A DNA stretch of 59,473 nucleotides from Candidatus Woesearchaeota archaeon (GTDB taxonomy: Archaea; Nanobdellota; Nanobdellia; Woesearchaeales; UBA525), in NCBI GenBank assembly GCA_014874255.1, contig JACWAN010000086.1, positions 1 through 59,473 on the forward strand, written 5' to 3'. Below are positions 20,345 to 28,439 of this stretch, in pieces. Under the pieces are notes generated by a model that was not told the origin of the DNA, searched no databases, and was given only the letters and a program-made list of their open reading frames with translations. Numbering within the stretch: the stretch's first letter is position 1; the number at the start of each line of letters is the position of its first letter. Both the position numbers and the translations under genes were made by a program.

Positions 20345-20394
20345 GTAGCAGCACATTCAACAGGTTTCATCACGAGTGCCGCCACCGTCCTTAC

Positions 20395-20451
20395 GGGCGA
20401 GCGTGGCGAAAAAGACAGTGGAGGACGAGTAGGGGGTTGCCCCATCCGGGG
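20395..20451 (+). repeat. R-family core without TIRs (R6), inside the rpl30-rpl15 spacer
   Basis: GGGCGAGCGTGGCGAAAAAG, then a purine-rich stretch, then GGGGGTTGCCCCATCCGGGG. It aligns with the interior of R1 and R5. Confidence 0.55.
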
Positions 20452-20519
20452 ACGAGTCCCTTCGGCGTCCACAGCTGTACGCGAGCAGGACGCGGCGGCA
20501 CGAGAAAGGTGAAGATCAC

Positions 20520-21008
20520 ATGGCAAGCATCAAGCGACGGAAGAAGAACACCCGGCAGCGGGCCGGCACGACCCACGGCTGGGGCGCGATGAAGAAGCAC
20601 CGGGGAGCCGGTCATCGCGGCGGCCGCGGCAACGCGGGCAGCGGCAAGAGGGGCGACGCGAAGAAGCCCTCCTACTGGAAGGACATGGACCGGTACGGCA
20701 AGCACGGCTTCACCTCGAAATCCGTCGTCGAAAACCGGCCGATCAACGTCGGCCACGTCGCGAGCACCGTCGACCGGCTGGTGCGCGAGGGCAAGGCCGC
20801 GAAGGGGAAGGCGTTCCGCGTCGACCTCAACGCCCTAGGATACGACCTGCTGCTCGGCACGGGCATCGTCAACGTCCCTCTCGACCTCACCGTCGGACGC
20901 GCGACCGCGAAGGCCGTCGAGAAGATCGAGAAGGCCGGCGGCATGGTCACCCAGACAACTCCGAAGACGGTGAAGGCCGGCAAGGCCGCGTCAGACTCGG
21001 ACGAGTAA
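20520..21008 (+). CDS. rpl15: 50S ribosomal protein uL15
   Basis: HGWGAMKKHRGAGHRGGRGNAGSGKRG. Confidence 0.9.
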   Translation: MASIKRRKKNTRQRAGTTHGWGAMKKHRGAGHRGGRGNAGSGKRGDAKKPSYWKDMDRYGKHGFTSKSVVENRPINVGHVASTVDRLVREGKAAKGKAFRVDLNALGYDLLLGTGIVNVPLDLTVGRATAKAVEKIEKAGGMVTQTTPKTVKAGKAASDSDE

Positions 21009-21047
21009 AACCTTTCCCCATCATTCTTCTTCAATTTTCTTCCGTTC

Positions 21048-21053
21048 TTTTTT
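21048..21053 (+). terminator. oligo-T terminator after rpl15
   Basis: A T6 run within a C/T-rich tract 40 nt after the stop. Confidence 0.35.
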
Positions 21054-21257
21054 GTTCTTCATTTGTTCTTCATTATTACGTTTTATTAATTTATTATTAC
21101 GTTGAGTATTGCGTCGAATATCCGTTCTGCTCCGAAGGGAATATTGCCTCGGATCGTGTGTCGGACGCGAGGATCAGGAGCCGCAGCGACTGAAAATAAG
21201 TTCTCCGTGACATTCCCCAATACGTTTTTTAAGGTCTCTTTCCCTGTTTTCCAGCCA

Positions 21258-21273
21258 AAGCTTTTATAAATCC
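21258..21273 (+). promoter_or_regulatory. BRE/TATA-like box upstream of secY
   Basis: AAAGCTTTTATAAATC lies about 65 nt before GTG 21335. Confidence 0.45.
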
Positions 21274-21334
21274 CGGGTCGACCCTCCAGGAGCATATCCG
21301 GTGAGAGAAAACAGTAGTTGACGGGGGAAAAGAA

Positions 21335-22663
21335 GTGGCGTTCCTGGACACGATTCTCGACAACCTGCCAGAGGTGCAGGCGCCGACGCAGAAGAAGCTC
21401 TCCTTCAAGGAGAAGGCGAAGTGGAGCATCATCATCCTGACCCTCTACTTCCTCCTCGGCATGGTCCCCGTCTTCGGCCTCGGGAGCAACGCGCTCAGCC
21501 AGTTCCAGTTCCTCGAGATCGTGCTCGGCGCGAGCTTCGGCAGCATCATCACCCTCGGCATCGGCCCCATCGTCACCGCGTCCATCGTGCTGCAGCTGCT
21601 GAACGGCGCCGGGATCGTGAAGTTCGACCTCACCAGCCATGAGGGAAAAGCGAGATTCCAGGGCATCCAGAAGCTGCTCAGCGTCTTCTTCGTCATCCTC
21701 GAGGGCTTCATCTACGTCCTGACCGGCGGCCTCGCCCCAATCGCGGGCATGCCGGCGTGGTTCCTCGTCTTCCAGCTCTTCCTCGGCGGCGTCCTCATCA
21801 TGTTCATGGACGAGGTCGTGACGAAGTGGGGCTTCGGCTCCGGCATCAGCCTCTTCATCGCCGCCGGCGTCTCGAAGGAGGTCTTCATCCGCGCCTTCAA
21901 CTGGCTGCCCTCCCCGACAAACCCCGACATCCCCTCCGGCGCGATCCCCGCGATCTTCAAGAGCCTCTCGAACGGCGACCCGCAGACCGCGCTCATCGAG
22001 ATGTCCGTCATCGTCGCCACGATCGTCGTCTTCTTCGTCGTCGTGTACACGCAGGCGATGAAGGTGGAGATCCCGCTGAGCTTCGGCCGCGTCCGCGGCT
22101 ACGGCATCCGGTGGCCGCTCAACTTCTTCTACACGAGCAACATCCCCGTCATCCTGGTGGCTGCGCTGCTGGCGAACTTCCAGCTCCTCGGCCGGCTCAT
22201 CCCGAGCCTGTCCTGGCTCGCGAGCCTCATCAACCAGCCGAACGTGCTCCAGCAGCTCATCACTGGTAGCTTCGGCTGGACGAGCGTCTGGCAGACGCTG
22301 ATCTACGTCGTCATCTTCGTCATCGGCAGCGTCATCTTCGGCCTCTTCTGGGTCCAGACCGCCGGACTGGACCCGCGGTCGCAGGCGAAGCAGATCATGT
22401 CCTCCGGCCTCCAGATCCCCGGCTTCCGGAAGGACGAACGGGTATTGGAACGGCTGCTCGCCCGGTACATCTGGCCGCTCACCGTCGTCGGCAGCATCGC
22501 CGTCGGCGCGCTCGCCGCGCTCGCGGACCTGACCGGCGCCCTTGGCTCGGGGACGGGCATCCTCCTGACCGTCATGATTGTCTACCAGCTCTACCAGCAG
22601 ATTGCGCAGCAGCACCTCATGGACATGAACCCCGCGATGCGGAAGTTCATGAGCGGCCACTGA
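21335..22663 (+). CDS. secY: preprotein translocase subunit SecY
   Basis: 442 aa, about 10 TM segments. N-terminus ..LPEVQAPTQKKLSFKEKAKWS. GTG start preceded by GGGGGAAAAG. Confidence 0.92.
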   Translation: MAFLDTILDNLPEVQAPTQKKLSFKEKAKWSIIILTLYFLLGMVPVFGLGSNALSQFQFLEIVLGASFGSIITLGIGPIVTASIVLQLLNGAGIVKFDLTSHEGKARFQGIQKLLSVFFVILEGFIYVLTGGLAPIAGMPAWFLVFQLFLGGVLIMFMDEVVTKWGFGSGISLFIAAGVSKEVFIRAFNWLPSPTNPDIPSGAIPAIFKSLSNGDPQTALIEMSVIVATIVVFFVVVYTQAMKVEIPLSFGRVRGYGIRWPLNFFYTSNIPVILVAALLANFQLLGRLIPSLSWLASLINQPNVLQQLITGSFGWTSVWQTLIYVVIFVIGSVIFGLFWVQTAGLDPRSQAKQIMSSGLQIPGFRKDERVLERLLARYIWPLTVVGSIAVGALAALADLTGALGSGTGILLTVMIVYQLYQQIAQQHLMDMNPAMRKFMSGH

Positions 22664-22682
22664 GCCGGACGAGAGGAAGAAA

Positions 22683-23438
22683 ATGTTCGAAGCGATCCTC
22701 GATCCTGTGATGCGTCCCCTCCTCTCTCTCCCCTCGTTCTGGGCGATCTTCCTCATCTCGTTCCTCATCACGCTGGCGATCACGCTCGTCTACAAGTTCA
22801 CGACGGACCAGGCGCGGATGCGCCACCTCAAGGGCGAGCTGAAGAAGTTCCAGGAGAAGATGAAGAAGGCGCGGAACGACCCCGAGAAGCTGATGAAGCT
22901 CCAGCAGGAGTCGATGAGCCTCAATTTCGAGCTGATGAAGCACAGCTTCAAGCCGACGCTCTACACCTTCATCCCGATCATCATCATCTTCGGCTGGCTC
23001 AACGCGTCGATGGCGTTCTACAACATCGCGCCCGGCCAGCAGTTCAACATCACGGCTTCCTTCTCGCCCGGCGTCGTCGGGAACGCCTCGATCGCCTTCA
23101 TCCCGGCGAACGTCTCCCTCGTCCCGAACGACACCGTGCCGATCGTCGACTCCCAGGCGACGTGGACGCTCTCCGCGGATGCGGGCACGTACAAGGCGAC
23201 CGTGACGCACGGCAGCGACGCGGTGGAGAAGACCTTCCTCATCAGCCCGGAGCGGAAGTACGAGGCGCCCGTGCAGACGTACAGCGGCGCCATCAGCAAG
23301 GTGACGGTGAGCAACGAGCCCGTGCACCCGCTCGAGCCGGTCTCGCTCTTCGGCTGGCACCCCGGCTGGCTGGGCACGTACATCATCTTCAGCATCCTCC
23401 TCAGCATCCTGCTCCGGAAGATCCTGAACGTCGTGTGA
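22683..23438 (+). CDS. DUF106-type membrane protein (archaeal YidC/Oxa1-like insertase) with C-terminal extracellular extension
   Basis: TM, then coiled coil (KGELKKFQEKMKKARNDPEKLMKLQQE), then TM, which is typical of DUF106. The position after secY is conserved. Confidence 0.65.
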   Translation: MFEAILDPVMRPLLSLPSFWAIFLISFLITLAITLVYKFTTDQARMRHLKGELKKFQEKMKKARNDPEKLMKLQQESMSLNFELMKHSFKPTLYTFIPIIIIFGWLNASMAFYNIAPGQQFNITASFSPGVVGNASIAFIPANVSLVPNDTVPIVDSQATWTLSADAGTYKATVTHGSDAVEKTFLISPERKYEAPVQTYSGAISKVTVSNEPVHPLEPVSLFGWHPGWLGTYIIFSILLSILLRKILNVV

Positions 23439-23450
23439 ATGGCGATAGTC

Positions 23451-24626
23451 CTAGCGGGATTTCTGATTTCCTTCTTCTGCGACTTTCTTCAGATACTCCA
23501 GAAATAGTGTGTGAAAAATTTGATATCTCCCTCTCTCAGGCTTGTTCAGTACCCCTTTTCTCAGCAACTCCTTGAAGTAAGGCGATACAAAATTTTTCGG
23601 TTTTTCAGTCCACTCTACCGCTTCATTGAACGTGAATTCTAGTCCTTTAATGTTGGACGCGATTTTCAATAGGATCTCTTTCGCGCGTGGTGTGAGCGGG
23701 CGGTACATCGGAGAGAAAAAATCCTGCGCAAGTCGCGCATTTATTTTCTCTTCCGACCTATGCAGGATGCCCTCTGTTAAATGGGTCTCTTTCTCCTCGA
23801 GAGAATCAAAGAGCAGATAGCACATCGCCACAAGCACGTACGGATGTCCTTCACACCTCTTTGCGATGCGTTGCAGTACATCGTCATCTATTCCGACATC
23901 AACCGTGGCGAGCTTGCGTATTATGTAACTTCGTACTTCATCCTCATTAAATGGTGCGAGACGTGACGACGGGAAAAACCTGTTTAACGGCGAGAACGAT
24001 TCTGACATTCGTTCAGGGAAATTGAGCTTTCCTGCAAGCACAACCATATATTTCTGCTCCGTCGAGATTCTCTGGAGTACTTCTCTCAGGAAGGTGAGAA
24101 TGCCCTCTACGCTCTCCAACGACTCCGCTTCGTCAATAAGTAACAGGATGGCTTTGTACTCTTCTTTGGTCTCGTTCCATAGTCTGGCGAGCCGTTCGCG
24201 AAACATCTCTTGGACTACCTGTTGCCTTTCCACTGTGAGGCGGGCATCTTTCCATCCAATCGTCGGTTTGAGTGTGTCGATCCAGTCCTTCATGTTCTCG
24301 ATTTTCTTTCCTACGGGCTTTCTACTGAGAATCTCCCTTTTCAGATTGGCTGTTATGTAATCTGTGAAATCCACGATATTTTTGACGTTACCGTCATAGT
24401 TTGAGAGTCTGAGCGTAAGGCATTCGTTGCGTCGTCCTATATCTTCGAACTTCATCAGTACTGAGGTCTTTCCCATCCCCTTGTTTCCAGTAATCGCCAT
24501 GTTCATCGGGGATCCATGAATTGTTTGGCTGAGATGCTTCTCGAATTCTGTGATCTCGGGTTCTCTGCCTACGAAGAAGTCCGGTCTGGCCGGTTGTTGG
24601 GGATTGAATGGATTGTAGCGTATCAT
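23451..24626 (-). CDS. AAA+/STAND-like NTPase of the Arch-ATPase type with C-terminal wHTH-like region
   Basis: Walker A GNKGMGKTS and Walker B LLLIDEAE. The N-terminal FVGREPE motif is typical of the archaeal ATPase family. The gene and its flank are visibly AT-rich compared with the neighbours. Confidence 0.7.
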   Translation of the reverse strand: MIRYNPFNPQQPARPDFFVGREPEITEFEKHLSQTIHGSPMNMAITGNKGMGKTSVLMKFEDIGRRNECLTLRLSNYDGNVKNIVDFTDYITANLKREILSRKPVGKKIENMKDWIDTLKPTIGWKDARLTVERQQVVQEMFRERLARLWNETKEEYKAILLLIDEAESLESVEGILTFLREVLQRISTEQKYMVVLAGKLNFPERMSESFSPLNRFFPSSRLAPFNEDEVRSYIIRKLATVDVGIDDDVLQRIAKRCEGHPYVLVAMCYLLFDSLEEKETHLTEGILHRSEEKINARLAQDFFSPMYRPLTPRAKEILLKIASNIKGLEFTFNEAVEWTEKPKNFVSPYFKELLRKGVLNKPERGRYQIFHTLFLEYLKKVAEEGNQKSR

Positions 24627-24803
24627 CGCAGAATAAAATGTATGGGAAGTATATATATTTTATAATATTTTAAATACTTTTTCTCTTTAAATTATTATCC
24701 TTATAGAAAATAATTAATTTCTTTTCCAGTTATCTTTTTAAAGGGTCCGTCGCTCCGCATGGCTCTCGCTTGGCAGCTGAGTAACATTCGAGCGTGAAAC
24801 ACC

Positions 24804-25067
24804 ATGGTCCAAGGAAAGTTCAAGAGCGGCCACTACCGCCGGGTCCACGTCCGGATGCCGGGCGGCACGACCGAACTGAAGTTCAAGGAGCGCACGTCGA
24901 AGCAGCCGCACTGCGCGGACTGCGGACGGCCCCTCCCCGGCATCCCGCGGATGAGCACGACAGAGGCGAAGAACGCGACCAAGACGCAGAAGCGGCCCGA
25001 GCGGCCGTTCGGCGGCGTCCTGTGCAGCCCCTGCCTCCGGAAGCGGATGACGGAACAGCTGAAGTGA
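24804..25067 (+). CDS. rpl34e: 50S ribosomal protein eL34
   Basis: HYRRVHVRMPGGTT..CADCGRPLPGIP..CSPCLRKRM. Confidence 0.9.
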   Translation: MVQGKFKSGHYRRVHVRMPGGTTELKFKERTSKQPHCADCGRPLPGIPRMSTTEAKNATKTQKRPERPFGGVLCSPCLRKRMTEQLK

Positions 25068-25123
25068 AAGCCTCTCCGGGATTGCGGCGACGCGTCCCGA
25101 TTCTCGAGAGGAGGTGAACCAGG

Positions 25124-25525
25124 ATGGCAATGTACGATACCGGAAGGATCTGCCTCAAGATGGCGGGCCGCGACGCGGGCAGGAAGTGCGTCATCGTCGA
25201 CGTCCTCGACGCGAACACGGTGCTGATCGACGGCGAGACGCGCCGCAGGAAGTGCAATGTCAGGCACCTCGAGCCGCTCAACGAGACGGTCGACCTGAAG
25301 AAAGGAGCGTCGACGAAGGACGTCGCTGTCGCACTGAAGAAGCTCGGCATCGCCGTCACGGAGACGAAGCCGAAGAAGGCGGCGCAGAAGCCGACGCGCG
25401 TCCGCAAGGCGAAGGCGAAGCCCGCCGACGAGCCGAAGAAGCCCGTCAGGAAGGCGGCGAAGCCCGCGAAACTCGTCGAGGCAGAGCCCGTCGACGTCGA
25501 CGGCGTCACGCCCGCGGACGAGTAA
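25124..25525 (+). CDS. rpl14e: 50S ribosomal protein eL14 with K/A/P-rich tail
   Basis: KOW-like GRICLKMAGRDAGRKCVIVDVLD..RHLEP. Confidence 0.88.
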   Translation: MAMYDTGRICLKMAGRDAGRKCVIVDVLDANTVLIDGETRRRKCNVRHLEPLNETVDLKKGASTKDVAVALKKLGIAVTETKPKKAAQKPTRVRKAKAKPADEPKKPVRKAAKPAKLVEAEPVDVDGVTPADE

Positions 25526-25561
25526 ACCCTCTTTTCCCTTTCCTTTTTCCCGTTTCTCTCC

Positions 25562-25766
25562 GGCTCTTAGGCGAATCACGTCCGTGGCCGTCACCGGCTG
25601 CTCGGCAATCGCTTCTCCTCTCGAAAGCGCTCCTCCCCGTAAGGGGCATGGTCACTCCATTCCCAGGTTCCTCGGAGCCTCGGAACCATCCCCTCCGTCG
25701 CGCTCCGCCCCCCTTCCTCGCTCGCCTCACCCTCTGGCCGGTGACGACTCCATCTGCCTAAGAGCC
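25562..25766. mobile_element. R-family MITE, copy R4 (205 bp, interior inverted relative to R1)
   Basis: TIRs GGCTCTTAGGCGAAT / ATCTGCCTAAGAGCC. Flanks TTTCTCTCC and TTTCTATTC match at 7/9. The interior rc matches R1 (GTCACCGGCCAGAGGGTGAGGC ... TTGCCGAGCAGCCGGTGAC). Confidence 0.75.
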
Positions 25767-25777
25767 TTTCTATTCGC

Positions 25778-25790
25778 AATCAATAAAAAG
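25778..25790 (+). promoter_or_regulatory. TATA-like box, leaderless membrane-protein transcript
   Basis: AATCAATAAAAAG lies 11 bp after the R4 end and is centred about 27 nt before ATG 25812. Confidence 0.4.
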
Positions 25791-25811
25791 GCTCGCCCCG
25801 CATATATCGTC

Positions 25812-26783
25812 ATGGCAGACTACTTCGACAGCCTCAAGAAGTCCTTTACGGACGCGTACCGCAACCCCTCGCTCTTCGTCCCGCTCCTCACGCAGGCGCT
25901 CGTCACCGTGCTCCTCCTCCTCCTCTTCCTCGTCGGCGGCGCTGCGATGCTCTTCTCCGCAGCCGGGCTGAATATACTCCTCGACGCGCAATCCTTCGTC
26001 TGGACCGCGCAGCTCGTCCTCTTCGCGATCATCTTCGCTCTCGTCGGGCTGCTCGCCCTCCTCGTGGTCGGCGCGTGGTTCACCGCCGGGCTGCTCGGCA
26101 TGGTCAACGACGTCACCGACGGCAAGCGCGCGACCGGCCAGGCGTTCTTCGCCGCGGCGAAGGCGTTCTACGTGCCGGTGCTCCTCTACACGCTCCTCCG
26201 CGTCGGCCTCTTCCTCCTCGCGGCGTTGCCGTTCCTCGTCGTGCTCGTCGCGTTCCTCGGGACGCTCGCGGCGCCGAAGCTCGCGCTCATCGTGCTGCTC
26301 GCCGTCTTCCTCCTCGTCTTCGTCGTCCTCGCCGTCTTCCTCGGCTTCGGCCTCTTCTTCGCCGAGCCGGCGCTGATTCGCGACCGCCTCTCGGCGTGGC
26401 AGGCGGCGAAGCGGAGCTTCCGCCTCTTGCGCGACCGGACGGGCTACGTCGTGCTGAGCGCTCTCACGGTCATCGTCGTCGCGCTCGTCGTGGCGGCAGT
26501 TGCCTCGATCCTCTCCCTGCCGGGCGCGTTCCTCGCGGCCGCCGGTCCGGGCGGCGTGGTCGCGTTCGTCCTCCTCCTCATCGTCCGGCTCGCGCTCCAG
26601 TTCTTCCTCGCCCTCGTCATCCTCCTCTTCACGTTCCGGATGTATGCGGATGCCGAGGAGAAGAAGAGCGCATCAAGATCGGACACCAAGAAGATCCTCG
26701 TCAAAGACCCTCCGAGAAGATCCGCGAAGAAGACCGGCTCAAAGGACGTCAAGAAGAAACGGACAAGGAAGACGAAGAAGTAG
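25812..26783 (+). CDS. polytopic membrane protein, unknown function, Lys-rich C-terminus
   Basis: ATG 25812 lies inside ORF 25584..26783, whose upstream part is the MITE. There are about 6 hydrophobic segments. Confidence 0.6.
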   Translation: MADYFDSLKKSFTDAYRNPSLFVPLLTQALVTVLLLLLFLVGGAAMLFSAAGLNILLDAQSFVWTAQLVLFAIIFALVGLLALLVVGAWFTAGLLGMVNDVTDGKRATGQAFFAAAKAFYVPVLLYTLLRVGLFLLAALPFLVVLVAFLGTLAAPKLALIVLLAVFLLVFVVLAVFLGFGLFFAEPALIRDRLSAWQAAKRSFRLLRDRTGYVVLSALTVIVVALVVAAVASILSLPGAFLAAAGPGGVVAFVLLLIVRLALQFFLALVILLFTFRMYADAEEKKSASRSDTKKILVKDPPRRSAKKTGSKDVKKKRTRKTKK

Positions 26784-26788
26784 TCCTC

Positions 26789-28438
26789 TTATCTCTTCAG
26801 CAGGCCGAACAGCGTCGTCAGGTCGAGCTCGAAAGCGGCGGCGGGCATGGTGAGACCGAAGTTCTCCAGCGCCCGCGGGTGGAGCTCGCCGATATACGCG
26901 AGGTCTTCTTTGTCGACGCTGACGCGCGCCGCTCTCCCCGGGATGAAGGATGCGTGCGCCGTCTCCTCGTATTCTGGCGTGATAGAAAGCTTGGCGAAGA
27001 GGTCGTCCAGTATCTGCCTGATGGCTGTGTAGTCCGCGTCCTCGCCGCAGAGGACGACGGCCAGCCGCTCCTTCTCCTTGACGCCTGTTTCGGTGTCGCC
27101 TTTCGAGAAGACGCGGCCGATCTCGAACAATCGCTGCGGATACTCATGGCGCTTGTTCCGCTGCAGCGTCTCCATCAAGGAGGGCAGTATCCACGCGCGC
27201 AAGGTGTCGTACTCCTCGCTGACGCTGCTCGCGAGCGCGACGACGTCCGCTTTCAGGAGCATCCGTGCGGTCTGCGTCTCTTTCCCGACGAGGTTGTAGC
27301 TCTTGCATTCGAGGAGGCCGTGGCCGACGAGCAACAGGCGTAGTTTCGTCTCGAATACCGCGAGCGGCGCTTCCTGTCCCGGCGTCGCGACGTTCGGGAT
27401 CGTCTCTTTCACGTGCTCGTATCCGTACGCGATCGCGACGTCCTCCGCGAGATCGGCTTGGTGGAGGATGTCCGTCCGGTACGCAGGGATCAGGACGGAA
27501 TTCTTCTCGTACCCGTATCCCATCTTCGCGAAGAGCTTCTTGAACTCGTCGTCCTTCAGCTCCAGCCCCAACAGCTTGTTGATGTAGTTCCCGTCGACGG
27601 TCATCTTCCTCGGCCGCAGGTCGGGCGTGACGATCTTCTTGTCAGGATACTGGAGCTCGAGGCCGTGGAGCTCGCCGCCCATCTCCGCGAGCGCGGCCAC
27701 GACCATGGCGAGGCACTCCTGCAGGACGCGGAGGTCGAAGCCGCTGCACTCGACGAACACCTCGGTCGTGCTCTCGGTGATCTTCCCGGTGAGGTGGCTG
27801 TTGATGATTGGCGTGAGGGAGAGGATGTTCCCTTTCGCGTCGACGAAGCACGCGTACTTGTCCAGGCCGGCGAGGAGGTGCGCGTACTCTTTCCCTTTCG
27901 GATGCTCCGCGAGTATCTGCTGCGCGGTCATCTCCCCTCTCGCCTCGAGCGGACGGAATTTTATGTCAGCGGGTTTCATCCCTTTGAACGTGATGGGGAA
28001 GGTGATCTGTTCGCAGGGGTAGATGCCGATCGCCAGCCGTTTCCGGTTGCGGCCGAACGTGACGTGCAGCTTCTCCTGGACCTGGATGATCTCCTTCAGC
28101 CGCTCGTCAGTCATCTTCAGCTTCTTGACGACGGCGCACGCGGTGAACGGCCTGCACGAGGCGACGCTCTTCTCGATGATCACGTTCTGCGTCGGCTTCT
28201 TCACGTCGTACGTCCGCAGCCCGGGCTTCGCGCCGATGAACGCGGCGAACGCTCGTCCGAACCCTTGCTGGCTCAACAGGTCCGGCCGGTTCGGGAAGAT
28301 CTCGACATTGATCGCGTCGCCCTCGATGCCTTCGAGATCCGTCCCGAGCATGCTGATACGGTCTTTCAGCCGCTCGTCGGAGAGCTTCACGCCCGCTTCC
28401 CGGAGGAGTTCCTTCTTGCTGAGGGTGATCGTCGGCAT
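26789..28438 (-). CDS. pheT: phenylalanine--tRNA ligase beta subunit
   Basis: 549 aa, archaeal B3/B4 and B5 layout. Lies immediately downstream of pheS. Confidence 0.88.
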   Translation of the reverse strand: MPTITLSKKELLREAGVKLSDERLKDRISMLGTDLEGIEGDAINVEIFPNRPDLLSQQGFGRAFAAFIGAKPGLRTYDVKKPTQNVIIEKSVASCRPFTACAVVKKLKMTDERLKEIIQVQEKLHVTFGRNRKRLAIGIYPCEQITFPITFKGMKPADIKFRPLEARGEMTAQQILAEHPKGKEYAHLLAGLDKYACFVDAKGNILSLTPIINSHLTGKITESTTEVFVECSGFDLRVLQECLAMVVAALAEMGGELHGLELQYPDKKIVTPDLRPRKMTVDGNYINKLLGLELKDDEFKKLFAKMGYGYEKNSVLIPAYRTDILHQADLAEDVAIAYGYEHVKETIPNVATPGQEAPLAVFETKLRLLLVGHGLLECKSYNLVGKETQTARMLLKADVVALASSVSEEYDTLRAWILPSLMETLQRNKRHEYPQRLFEIGRVFSKGDTETGVKEKERLAVVLCGEDADYTAIRQILDDLFAKLSITPEYEETAHASFIPGRAARVSVDKEDLAYIGELHPRALENFGLTMPAAAFELDLTTLFGLLKR

Positions 28439-28439
28439 T

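Noticed and set aside
25584-25811. N-terminal extensions suggested by the ORF track: 25584-25811 for the membrane protein, 6739-7053 for the small minus-strand ORF, 2869-3009 for ppdK, 7314-8264 for rpl4 and 50943-51149 for MNT.
   Set aside because: The extensions run through MITE or S elements or an upstream gene in another frame. Conserved N-termini and TATA or SD context support the internal starts.
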